From contig JAHFCZ010000001.1 of NCBI GenBank assembly GCA_023249285.1, forward strand, positions 14,706 to 55,975: a stretch of 41,270 bases of DNA, in the 5' to 3' direction. Below are positions 28,807-37,461 of this stretch, piece by piece. Both the position numbers and the translations under genes were made by a program. Below the pieces are notes generated by a model. It saw only the letters and a list, made by a program, of their open reading frames with translations, was not told the origin of the DNA and made no database searches. Each line of letters begins with the position of its first letter. Position 1 is the stretch's first letter. Source of the stretch: a bacterium. Its GTDB lineage: Bacteria; Margulisbacteria; Marinamargulisbacteria; SXXA01; JAHFDB01.

Positions 28807-30572
28807 GAGGACATCCGTAATAGCGTGAAGGCGAGGCTCTGCCAAGGGAGTATCCGCTCATAATGGTGCTCTGCTTGGTGTAAGGGTGCGGTGAGGGCGT
28901 TTTGAATGCTGTCGGTTTGTATTTTTTTCGGCAGAAATTGATTGAAAATCGGTTTCATCTGGGAGGGGAGATCTTGGATGGGGAAAAACCAGGTCTTTGG
29001 GTGTTTTCGAAGTGCTGAAACATCAAAAAAAGTACGTTTCTCAATGTAAAGATTACGGGTAATGAGCTGGGGTACCCACCAAGATAAAGATTTTACCCCA
29101 TTACTGTTTGCCGGGATATGCGCTTCAGTGGGGTAATGGTTCATGAGCATCAATTCTACGGATAGTCGATTATGGAGATGTTTGGGGTGTAAGGAAAGGA
29201 AGAAGTTTAGATACTCAGGGTGGACATGGGGGCTAAGGCAGGGGAATTCCCATTCAATGCCTCTGGGGTAATAACTGATAAAATTGCGCTGGCGCGTCCA
29301 GAGGTCGAGGATGACAAATTGATGGGTTTTGGGCCCCACTAATCGAGAGGCAGCTTTTTCAAGTTGGGCTTGTGCAAAGTCATTGACTTGCGTGGTGAAT
29401 TGGGGAGAAAGTGTGCATAATTCTTGGACTGGCCAGTGGGAGCTTTGCCCAAATAGGTTCATGAGGTCCAGCCAAGAGGCGTTTGGCACCTTATCCATCA
29501 TGCCCAAGTGTTGTCCCCCAGGCACCCCAGTCATGAATCCTGAGGTGATGACGGCTTCGGAGGGGATGTGGGGTTTTAAGGTGTCCACAAATTCTAGTTG
29601 GTACATACTGTGTGGGTGTGTAGAGCTTCCAAAAATGAGGTCGTTTTTGGTGAGATAAGACGTGTTTAAATAATTAAAGGGCAGTTGGATATTTTGCCAA
29701 GGGATTTTGTTTTTTTGACAGAGCGTTTGGGCGAGTTTTACGTCGATATCTTGCGGGGAGCCGTAGGTAAAACAGTGGAGTTGTTTTGAAAAGGTGGGAT
29801 GGTGTGCGAGTGCGCAAAAAATCATCCGGCTGTCATACCCACCTGAAAGCGGTAGGGTGATGTAAGGGAATTGGCCGAGTTGTTGTGTGACAAGACGACT
29901 ATTGAGTTCACAAAGTGCATGTGCAACTTGCTGGTCACTGTAAGCGTGCCGTTCTGATGTGGACTGGATGGTTTGACTGGGTTTGAGGGTGAATTTGATC
30001 TCGGATTCTGCGCGCCAGGAAACCGTTAGATTAGAATCGGGCTCTTGGCTTTTAATGGGTTTGAAAAGGGTTTCATCCCAGAGTAGGTGGCTGAAGTGAA
30101 CCAAAATGCCGAGTGCGTTCGGATCGATATCCTCTGGGGTTACTTGGCTCCCTGCGACAACACAGGGCTCGATATTGGAGAGATGGAGTCCATTTTTTGA
30201 GGTGTAAAAAATAGGGATAGCGCCGTAAATATCGTTTTGAATTTCCAGTTCGTTTTCATGGATTCTGATGTGTAGAAATCGATCTTGGATTTGATGCAGG
30301 GGTACTTTGGGATAGTCGTAAATACTGTGCTGGGTTCCCCAGATGGGTCCGACACAGAGTGTTTGTGGCGTTTCGGGGGTAGGGGGGGGTAAAAGTCGGG
30401 TCAGGTCCCCCTCATAACAGAGGTGAACTGTCCATTTGCCGAGAGTCCTCGAGTGGCAGCGCTTGTTAAAGGTTTTGGCAAGGGTTTGGAGATGATCTAG
30501 TGCGTGCCTCACGCCAGAATGGGTCTGTGGTTCTGACGTAATGTAAACGGCAAGAATGCGCGATGGATTCAT
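28794..30572 (-). CDS. asparagine-synthase-like ATP-pyrophosphatase protein lacking the N-terminal Cys nucleophile
   Basis: PP-loop LPLSGGYDSRM is present. A degenerate Ntn-like N-domain (IYGAIPIFYTSKNGLHLSNIE) is also present, but the protein begins MNPSRI with no Cys2. The start overlaps the lipoprotein stop (TAATG). Sampled lines give about 33-42% GC. Confidence 0.72.
   Translation of the reverse strand: MNPSRILAVYITSEPQTHSGVRHALDHLQTLAKTFNKRCHSRTLGKWTVHLCYEGDLTRLLPPPTPETPQTLCVGPIWGTQHSIYDYPKVPLHQIQDRFLHIRIHENELEIQNDIYGAIPIFYTSKNGLHLSNIEPCVVAGSQVTPEDIDPNALGILVHFSHLLWDETLFKPIKSQEPDSNLTVSWRAESEIKFTLKPSQTIQSTSERHAYSDQQVAHALCELNSRLVTQQLGQFPYITLPLSGGYDSRMIFCALAHHPTFSKQLHCFTYGSPQDIDVKLAQTLCQKNKIPWQNIQLPFNYLNTSYLTKNDLIFGSSTHPHSMYQLEFVDTLKPHIPSEAVITSGFMTGVPGGQHLGMMDKVPNASWLDLMNLFGQSSHWPVQELCTLSPQFTTQVNDFAQAQLEKAASRLVGPKTHQFVILDLWTRQRNFISYYPRGIEWEFPCLSPHVHPEYLNFFLSLHPKHLHNRLSVELMLMNHYPTEAHIPANSNGVKSLSWWVPQLITRNLYIEKRTFFDVSALRKHPKTWFFPIQDLPSQMKPIFNQFLPKKIQTDSIQNALTAPLHQAEHHYERILPWQSLAFTLLRMSSWQK
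30382..30389 (-). repeat. C8 homopolymer on the coding strand, inside the AsnB-like gene
   Basis: Counted directly (aGGGGGGGGt on the + strand). It encodes PPP in LLPPPTPE. Confidence 0.95.
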
Positions 30573-31246
30573 TATTTTTTGACAGAAATAGTGGCTAAAA
30601 TCATGGCATATAGGTCTTTTTGCATGAGGCTTAGCGGTTCGGTTTCAATGGGATATAGTGTGAAACTCAGCTCAATGATAGCGTCTTTTCTGGCTATAAA
30701 CAAAGAGCGGGTGTTGTCACTGTATCCGTAGAAATCCACCATGAATGCGGTTTGCGTCCCGATACGAACATGAGACACAAAATCTTCCAAGATATGCCCA
30801 TCTTGAGAAACCGGATAAATACTGGGGCCACCCTGGACTCGTTTCCATTCTTCGACGATATAGCCTCTTGCCCATTCCTCGGCGGTAAGTTTGAGGGGAT
30901 TGTCATGAATTTGGATGTGAATTTGATAGGCAGGGCGAGCGTCTCCTTCTTGGAGATTGACGGCAGAGGGGGTGCTGGTTAGGGGGGGGGTGCTGGGAAG
31001 CGGTTCGTTTGAGGTGGTATGGAGCGTGACGCTTGGGCCGACGAGGTAGGATTCTCTTTGATTTAAAACGACGAGCTTGGCTGAAGTGGGATAGCTAAAT
31101 GTAATGAAGTGGCCCTTGTATTGTTGTAGCCCCACGGATTGGAGGTTCGTTTCCTTCTTTTTGTGTCCACAACCGCAGAGTGTGAATGCAAGGATGCAAA
31201 GCGCCATAAAGCACCAGGGGAGATGTTTTTTTTTGGATATTTTCAT
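30572..31246 (-). CDS. lipoprotein of unknown function
   Basis: The signal peptide ends in the lipobox L-C-G-C (ILAFTLCGC). It is followed by a Ser/Thr/Pro linker and a mixed domain of about 130 aa. Confidence 0.72.
   Translation of the reverse strand: MKISKKKHLPWCFMALCILAFTLCGCGHKKKETNLQSVGLQQYKGHFITFSYPTSAKLVVLNQRESYLVGPSVTLHTTSNEPLPSTPPLTSTPSAVNLQEGDARPAYQIHIQIHDNPLKLTAEEWARGYIVEEWKRVQGGPSIYPVSQDGHILEDFVSHVRIGTQTAFMVDFYGYSDNTRSLFIARKDAIIELSFTLYPIETEPLSLMQKDLYAMILATISVKK
30982..30990 (-). repeat. C9 homopolymer on the coding strand, inside the lipoprotein gene
   Basis: Counted directly (aGGGGGGGGGt on the + strand). It encodes TPPL in the S/T/P linker. Confidence 0.95.
31226..31234 (-). 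repeat. A9 homopolymer at codons 5-7 (KKK) of the lipoprotein gene
   Basis: Counted directly (T9 on the + strand). Confidence 0.95.
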
Positions 31247-31269
31247 GGGAGGATTTTAACCTGGCTTCA

Positions 31270-31276
31270 GGGGGGG
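31270..31276. repeat. G7 tract in the divergent promoter region between the lipoprotein and ABC exporter genes
   Basis: Counted directly (caGGGGGGGtgc). Confidence 0.9.
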
Positions 31277-31321
31277 TGCAAGTGTTTGCTACGGTTCATG
31301 CGATTATGTTAAAGTTCGATA

Positions 31322-33049
31322 ATGCATGTTTATCTTCGCTCATTTTCTTACATTAAGCCGTACCTTTGGCAGTTTTTTCTGTGTCTTTTTTTAGCGCTTT
31401 TGTTTGCGACCGCGAGTGTCTTTTTTATCCCCCTTTCTCGGGATTTAATTAGCCAATATTCAAGTGGGGATTTTGCCCGTATTAGTAACCAGGTTTTAAA
31501 TGCGATTGTGTTGTTTGGACTTCGTATTTTGGTGCAGTATATCCAGTTTTATTTCATGAGTAATATCGGTAACCTTGTTCTGATTGATCTTCGAAAAGCA
31601 CTGTTTGTGCGATTTTTGGAACTCCCTCAATTATTTTATTCGGATTGGAAAATGGGTGATATTTTGACCCGGATGTTTGATGACACGGGTCGGGTTCGAG
31701 ATTTAATCATCCAGATTTTCTCGGATTTTCTCCCTCAATTTGTGAGCTTTGTGGGGATTGTGGTGTACTTGTTTGTAATTAATTGGAAATTAATGGTGTT
31801 TAGCTTGGTTGCGATTCCTGTGTTTGTCGGTATTATTTCTGTTTCGGCGAATCGAACCAAGCGAAATTCCGCTAAAGTACAAAAAAAAGCGGCTGATGTG
31901 ATCCATATTGCTCAGGAAGTGATTGGGAACGTTAAGGCTGTTCAGTCCAATACGATGGAAGGGTTTGAGGCCAAACGGTATTACTCTGAAAACTTCGCAA
32001 GTTATCGCTCGACGATGGTCGGCGTTGCGATTCGATTGAAATCAGAGCCCTTGATTTCATTCTTGCAATTTGTGCTCATTGGCTTGGTGCTTTGGTACGG
32101 TGGGTATGAAATGTCTATCGGCCAAATGACTGGGGCTGAGTTGGGGGCCTTTTTTGCTGGGATTATGCTCTTAATTGATCCTACGTTAGCGGTTTCAAAA
32201 GTGTACAACCAATTAAGCCAGAATGTGGCGTCCTGTGAGCGTGTTTATGAGATCCTGGATTATCCAAATCCCATCCAAAATGCAGCTAATCCCCGATTCC
32301 CCGATCAGATTAATGGCGAAGTTGTTTTTGAAAATGTTGATTTTTGGTATGAGACTGAAGATAAAAAAGCGTTGAAGAACCTTGATCTTTGCGTTGCTCC
32401 CGGGGAAGTGATTGCGTTGGTGGGGGCTTCGGGTGCCGGTAAAAGTACCCTGATTCATTTGATTCCTCGATTTTATGATGTGCGTTCAGGGGTCATTAAA
32501 ATTGATGGCGTCCCGGTTCAGGAAATGGATCTCCACTTTTTGCGGTCCCACATTGGGATTGTGCCCCAAGAAGATGTCCTCTTTCGCGGGTCTGTCCTTG
32601 AAAATGTGCGCTATGGCCGACAGGGGGCGACGCAGGACGAGGTTGAAGAGGCGATCCGATTGGCCAATGCCTGGGAGTTTGTGGAGGCGTTGCCAGGGGG
32701 GATTCACGCGCGGATTGGGGATCGGGGTCGTAAGCTTTCTGGGGGACAAAAACAACGGTTGTCGATTGCAAGGGCTATTTTGCGCAACCCCAAAATTTTG
32801 ATCTTGGATGAGGCGACATCGGCCTTGGATTCCAAATCCGAGCAACTGGTTCAGGATGCCCTAAAGCGCTTGATGCAGAATCGGACGACTTTTGTGATTG
32901 CGCACCGGCTCTCTACCATTACCCATGCGGATCGGATTGTGGTGATGGATGGCGGAGAGATCAAAGAAATTGGCACGCATTCGCAGTTGCTGGCCCGACA
33001 GGGTCTCTACGAGAAGCTGTATACGCTTCAATACAAAAACCAGAGTTAA
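31322..33049 (+). CDS. ABC exporter with fused permease and ATPase, MsbA-like
   Basis: 575 aa with 6 N-terminal transmembrane helices. It has Walker A GASGAGKST, signature LSGGQKQR, Walker B ILILDEATSALD and H-loop IAHRLST. Confidence 0.9.
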   Translation: MHVYLRSFSYIKPYLWQFFLCLFLALLFATASVFFIPLSRDLISQYSSGDFARISNQVLNAIVLFGLRILVQYIQFYFMSNIGNLVLIDLRKALFVRFLELPQLFYSDWKMGDILTRMFDDTGRVRDLIIQIFSDFLPQFVSFVGIVVYLFVINWKLMVFSLVAIPVFVGIISVSANRTKRNSAKVQKKAADVIHIAQEVIGNVKAVQSNTMEGFEAKRYYSENFASYRSTMVGVAIRLKSEPLISFLQFVLIGLVLWYGGYEMSIGQMTGAELGAFFAGIMLLIDPTLAVSKVYNQLSQNVASCERVYEILDYPNPIQNAANPRFPDQINGEVVFENVDFWYETEDKKALKNLDLCVAPGEVIALVGASGAGKSTLIHLIPRFYDVRSGVIKIDGVPVQEMDLHFLRSHIGIVPQEDVLFRGSVLENVRYGRQGATQDEVEEAIRLANAWEFVEALPGGIHARIGDRGRKLSGGQKQRLSIARAILRNPKILILDEATSALDSKSEQLVQDALKRLMQNRTTFVIAHRLSTITHADRIVVMDGGEIKEIGTHSQLLARQGLYEKLYTLQYKNQS

Positions 33050-33120
33050 TTTTGACTTTTTTGTTGGAATCCGATACCCTGGACACACTACTCTTTCAAG
33101 TATTGTGAGAAAGGCCACCC

Positions 33121-33765
33121 ATGCATCAGTACTGTCTAACCCTCGCTCATCCTTGGCACGGGCTTACGCCAGGCGAAAATTGCCCTGAAGTTGTGAATGT
33201 TTTTGTGGAAATGGTTCCGACGGATACCGTGAAATATGAAGTAGATAAAGAGAGTGGCCATTTGAAAGTGGACCGTCCTCAAAAGTACTCTAATTTTTGC
33301 CCGTCTTTGTACGGGTTTATCCCCCAAACGCTGTGCGCGACTCATGTCGCGGAATACGCAATGGCGCAGACCGGCCGTCAAGGCATTGAGGGTGACCTTG
33401 ACCCGATCGATATTTGCGTGTTGACTGAGCGGCCGATTAACCACGGTTCTGTCATTTTGCATGCGCGCCCCATCGGGGGGTTCCGCTTGTTTGACGGTGG
33501 CGAGGCTGATGACAAAATTATTGCGATTTTGGTGAAAGATCCAGCTTATGCGGATTACACCGATATTTCCCAGGTGCCTAAAGGGATTATTGACCGTCTT
33601 CGTCACTATTTTGTGACCTACAAACAAACCCCAGATAACCATGAGCCTGCTTGTTTGATTTCTCATGTGTACGGGGCTGCAGAAGCCAAGGAAGTGATTT
33701 TAAGATCGATTCAAGACTACAAAGCGCATTATGAGGTAAAGGAGTGTGTCCATGAGAAAGCCTAA
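33121..33765 (+). CDS. ppa: inorganic pyrophosphatase, family I
   Basis: HPWHG, VKYEVDKESGHLKVDR, YGFIPQT, DPIDICVL and DDKIIAI match family I PPase. It has a C-terminal extension. Confidence 0.88.
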   Translation: MHQYCLTLAHPWHGLTPGENCPEVVNVFVEMVPTDTVKYEVDKESGHLKVDRPQKYSNFCPSLYGFIPQTLCATHVAEYAMAQTGRQGIEGDLDPIDICVLTERPINHGSVILHARPIGGFRLFDGGEADDKIIAILVKDPAYADYTDISQVPKGIIDRLRHYFVTYKQTPDNHEPACLISHVYGAAEAKEVILRSIQDYKAHYEVKECVHEKA

Positions 33766-34993
33766 GTTTACCACCCAGATTTTCCTGGGGATGTTGTTGG
33801 GGATATTGGTGGGTCACTTTTTTGGTGAGTTTGGCCAACACCTCCAAATTTTGAGTGATATTTTCTTGCGTTTGATTAAGATGGTCATTGCGCCTTTGAT
33901 CCTCTCTACCTTGGTGGTTGGGATTGCAAAGCTTGGGACCTTTTCGACGGTGGGTCGGATCGGTGTGAAGACCATCTTGTATTTCCAATTTGCTACGATT
34001 TTGGCGTTGGTGACCGGTTTGGTCATTGTGAATACCTTTGAGCCTGGCCATCGTATGAGCTTGGAATTACCGACCCGAGGAACGGATACGGGATTTCATT
34101 CCAACCAGCCCCAAGACCTTAAAGGGTTTGTGTCTCATCTCATCCCGACGAGTATTTTTAAAGCGATGGCCGACAATGAAATTTTGCCAATTGTGGTGTT
34201 CTCATTGTTCCTTGGGGTTGCGGTTTCTGCGCTGGGTGACCAGTCTAAAATGATCGTCAAAGCGATGGATGCCTTGTCTCATATTATGTTCCAGGTGACG
34301 CGTTACGTGATGGCCTTTGCGCCGCTGGGGGCCTTTGGGGCCTTGGCTGCGGTCGTGGGTAAGTACGGGGTGAGTATCCTGGTGGGGTATTTGTTTTTGA
34401 TTGCCTGTTTCTTGGGGGGCTTATTGTTCTTTGTCTTTGTGATCTTGGGCGGGATTTGTTTCGTGCTTCGCATTCCGTTCTTCAAGCTTTTGTCCTACAT
34501 CAAAGACCCTGCGGTCTTGGCTTTTAGTACTGCTAGTTCTGAAGTGGCGTTACCGAGGGTTATTGAGCGTTTGCAGAAGTTTGGATGTTCGGATCGGATT
34601 ACCAGTTTCGTCTTGCCTTTGGGCTATTCGTTTAACCTCGATGGGTCGATCATGTACACGACCTTTGCGACAATGTTTATTGCACAGGCTTATGGCATGC
34701 ATATGACCATCCAGCAACAAATCGTGATGATGCTCATGTTGATGGTGACCAGCAAAGGGATGGCCGGGGTTCCTCGTGCCTCTCTGTTGGTGATTGCCGG
34801 TGCCTTGACCTCGTTTAACATTCCTGTTGAAGGGTTGGCCTTGGTGCTGGGGATCGATCAGATCCTCGATATGGGTCGGTCTGCCACCAATGTTATTGGA
34901 AATGCCGTGGCTACCGCGGTGGTTTCTAAATGGGAAGGGGAGCTCAATATCAACCCGGAGCCGATAGCCATCGCCCTTGCGATGGATAATTAA
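33752..34993 (+). CDS. dicarboxylate/amino acid:cation symporter (DAACS, GltP/DctA family)
   Basis: Polytopic protein with STASSEVALP (the SSxxTLP-type reentrant loop), VPRASL and the MGRSATNVIGNAVA motif region. The ATG at 33752 is 7 nt after AAAGGAG. Confidence 0.88.
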   Translation: MRKPKFTTQIFLGMLLGILVGHFFGEFGQHLQILSDIFLRLIKMVIAPLILSTLVVGIAKLGTFSTVGRIGVKTILYFQFATILALVTGLVIVNTFEPGHRMSLELPTRGTDTGFHSNQPQDLKGFVSHLIPTSIFKAMADNEILPIVVFSLFLGVAVSALGDQSKMIVKAMDALSHIMFQVTRYVMAFAPLGAFGALAAVVGKYGVSILVGYLFLIACFLGGLLFFVFVILGGICFVLRIPFFKLLSYIKDPAVLAFSTASSEVALPRVIERLQKFGCSDRITSFVLPLGYSFNLDGSIMYTTFATMFIAQAYGMHMTIQQQIVMMLMLMVTSKGMAGVPRASLLVIAGALTSFNIPVEGLALVLGIDQILDMGRSATNVIGNAVATAVVSKWEGELNINPEPIAIALAMDN

Positions 34994-34999
34994 TAGAGA

Positions 35000-35446
35000 T
35001 TAGCTGTCTAGAAGATCCAAACGTGCCTGGTGTCGCCCACCCTCAAAAGGGGTCGCGAGCCAGGCTTTGACATAATTTTTGGCCTCAGCCAGGGTGGTTG
35101 TACGGCCCCCAAGGCAGAGGATATTGGCGTTGTTGTGGGCTTTGCACATTTCAGCGGTGAAGGTGCTATGCACGAGCGCTGCACGGATGCCTTTATGGCG
35201 GTTGGCGGCGATGCTAATGCCGATGCCTGTCCCGCAGATGAGAATCCCGAGCTGTGCTTTACCCCCGAGAATCGCCTTGCAGACTGAATTTGCAAAGTCC
35301 GGGTAATTAACCGATTCAGCAGTGTGGGTTCCCAGGTCTTGGACGGTTATTTCTGGGAAGACTTCAGCTAAAAAAAGGGTCAGCCTGTCTTTGAGTTCTA
35401 GGCCACCGTGATCGCATCCTATTGCAAGGGTTAATTTTTCGCTCAT
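35000..35446 (-). CDS. rpiB: ribose-5-phosphate isomerase B
   Basis: IGCDHGG, ILICGTGIGISIAANR, HNNANILCLGGR and EGGRHQ are a close match to the RpiB/LacAB pattern. Confidence 0.92.
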   Translation of the reverse strand: MSEKLTLAIGCDHGGLELKDRLTLFLAEVFPEITVQDLGTHTAESVNYPDFANSVCKAILGGKAQLGILICGTGIGISIAANRHKGIRAALVHSTFTAEMCKAHNNANILCLGGRTTTLAEAKNYVKAWLATPFEGGRHQARLDLLDS

Positions 35447-35524
35447 AACGATATGCTATCAAATCTATGACCAGTCCGGTAGGGGGTTTCGTCTGAGCTG
35501 GGATTGCGGTATCATGACACGACC

Positions 35525-35881
35525 ATGATTTACCTGAAATTGATCCTCGCTATTATCGTTCGAACGATTGCGGATGTCTCCTTTAAAGCGGCTGTCCATC
35601 GGTTGGATTTTGATTCGTTTTCGACTTTGGGGACCAATGTTAAGCGGTTGGTGCAAAGTCCTTTTCTATGGATGGGTGGGGCCTTTGGGGTAGTGAACGT
35701 GATCTTATGGACCTCTTGCCTGGAGACTTTCGATCTGAGTTATGCCTACCCGTTTTTGAGCCTGAGCTATATCACCATTATGATTTCGGGGAAGGTTTTT
35801 TTCGGAGAGACCTTAGATTGGCATAAGATGGTCGGGATTTGTTTTATCGGACTCGGCGCTTGCGCTTTATTTTTAGGGTAA
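35525..35881 (+). CDS. small 4-TM membrane protein, SMR/EamA half-size (ArnE/ArnF-like)
   Basis: 118 aa with four hydrophobic helices. The start is set at the ATG at 35525. A similar gene follows 10 nt downstream. Confidence 0.6.
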   Translation: MIYLKLILAIIVRTIADVSFKAAVHRLDFDSFSTLGTNVKRLVQSPFLWMGGAFGVVNVILWTSCLETFDLSYAYPFLSLSYITIMISGKVFFGETLDWHKMVGICFIGLGACALFLG

Positions 35882-35891
35882 TCAGACTCAA

Positions 35892-36266
35892 ATGAAAAAA
35901 TTTATCTTCTTTATTGCACTTCCGATTTTATTGACCTCCGTGGGAGAGTTTATCTTGAAGCACCAACTGAATTTCTTGGTGGGGTCTATGGCAGGCGGCA
36001 TCCATATTATGAACCCCGGTGTTTTGTTGGCGTTGGCCACGATTACCAGCGGGGGTATTTTGTGGGTGATTGCGATGTCCAAGTATGAATTGTCGTTTTT
36101 GTATCCGTTTATGAGTATCAATTATCTGGTTATTATTGTTGGGTCTCAGTTGCTCCTCAAGGAAGCTGTGAGCCCATTTCGATATTTGGCTATGGGGTTG
36201 ATTGTTACGGGGCTCATTTTTATTTCCAGAAGCCCTAATTCAGAGTCGAAAGAAGGAGATGTTTAA
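35892..36266 (+). CDS. small 4-TM membrane protein, SMR/EamA half-size (ArnE/ArnF-like), paired with the preceding gene
   Basis: 124 aa with four hydrophobic helices and a short charged C-terminus. Confidence 0.58.
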   Translation: MKKFIFFIALPILLTSVGEFILKHQLNFLVGSMAGGIHIMNPGVLLALATITSGGILWVIAMSKYELSFLYPFMSINYLVIIVGSQLLLKEAVSPFRYLAMGLIVTGLIFISRSPNSESKEGDV

Positions 36267-36267
36267 T

Positions 36268-37461
36268 ATGATTGCGAACCGTGCGGCGGATGTTACTGAT
36301 AGTATTACAATGGCCATTTCGGCGCTTGCGATGAAGCTCAAAAAAGAAGGTCAAGATGTTCTGAGCTTTGGGGCAGGAGAGCCCGATTTTGATACCCCAG
36401 ATGTGATTAAGCAAGCGGCGATTAAGGCGATTGAGCAAGGAAAGACCAAGTACACGGCGGCCACTGGCATTGCAGAATTAAAAGAAGCGGTTTGTGCCAA
36501 ATTTTTGAAAGAAAATGGGGTTGGTTATTCCCCGGCTCAAATTGTGATTTCATGTGGGGCAAAACACAGCATTTTTAATGCGATTATGGCCTTGATTAAT
36601 CCAGGGGATGAGGTGATTATCCCGGCTCCGTATTGGGTGAGCTATCCCGATCAGGTTCAGCTCTGTGGGGGGAAACCGGTCTTTATCGAAACCGATGACC
36701 GCAGCGCATTCAAAATTACCCCGCAGCAGCTCCGAGATGCGATTACCCCTAAAACCAAATTATTTATTTTGAATTCACCGTCGAATCCCACTGGTTCAGT
36801 GTATTCCCGGGCGGAATTGGCCGCCTTGGCTGAGGTATTGGTAGAAAAGCAGGTCTTGGTTTTATCTGACGAAATTTACGAGAAACTCATTTACGCTGGC
36901 CATGAACATGTCTGCATCGCCGCTCTGTCTGAGGAGATTAAAGCCCTCACCATTCTGGTGAATGGGGTGGCGAAAGCCTATGCCATGACCGGGTGGCGGA
37001 TCGGGTATACAGCGGCTCCCCCTGCGATCGCAACGGCGATGGGGATGATCCAAAGCCACTCGACTTCGAACCCGACAACTCCGGCTCAGTGGGCGAGTGT
37101 GGCGGCTTTGACTCAACCGATTCCCGAGGTTGAAATGATGCGGTGTGAGTTTGAATCTCGACGGGTCTTGATGGTCGAGGGACTTAATCAGATCCCCGGG
37201 GTGCGTTGCGTGATGCCGGCGGGTGCGTTTTATACCTTCCCCAATGTGTCGGGATTGTTTGGCAAAACAACGCTCTCTGGTGTGGTGATCCGCGATTCGG
37301 CCCAGCTCTGTGAATTGCTCTTGAAAGAGGCCTTGGTGGCCTGTGTGCCGGGTTCAGGGTTTGGTGCAGAAGGCTACATTCGATTGTCTTATGCGACCTC
37401 AAGGTCAGATATTCAGCGCGGGATCGAGAGGATCCATCAATGGGTGAGCGCACTACAATAA
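36268..37461 (+). CDS. aspC: aspartate/aromatic aminotransferase, class I PLP
   Basis: GAGEPDFDTP, NSPSNPTG and SKAYAMTGWRIGY (PLP lysine) are present. The ATG at 36268 is 9 nt after AAGGAG. Confidence 0.9.
   Translation: MIANRAADVTDSITMAISALAMKLKKEGQDVLSFGAGEPDFDTPDVIKQAAIKAIEQGKTKYTAATGIAELKEAVCAKFLKENGVGYSPAQIVISCGAKHSIFNAIMALINPGDEVIIPAPYWVSYPDQVQLCGGKPVFIETDDRSAFKITPQQLRDAITPKTKLFILNSPSNPTGSVYSRAELAALAEVLVEKQVLVLSDEIYEKLIYAGHEHVCIAALSEEIKALTILVNGVAKAYAMTGWRIGYTAAPPAIATAMGMIQSHSTSNPTTPAQWASVAALTQPIPEVEMMRCEFESRRVLMVEGLNQIPGVRCVMPAGAFYTFPNVSGLFGKTTLSGVVIRDSAQLCELLLKEALVACVPGSGFGAEGYIRLSYATSRSDIQRGIERIHQWVSALQ

Noticed and set aside
28794-33049. Lasso-peptide-like cluster hypothesis: a nucleophile-less AsnB homologue (McjC-like) next to an MsbA/McjD-like ABC exporter.
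   Set aside because: There is no transglutaminase-like B protease, no RRE/PqqD-like gene and no plausible short precursor ORF nearby. The AsnB-like gene is instead coupled to a lipoprotein and a CapA-like gene.
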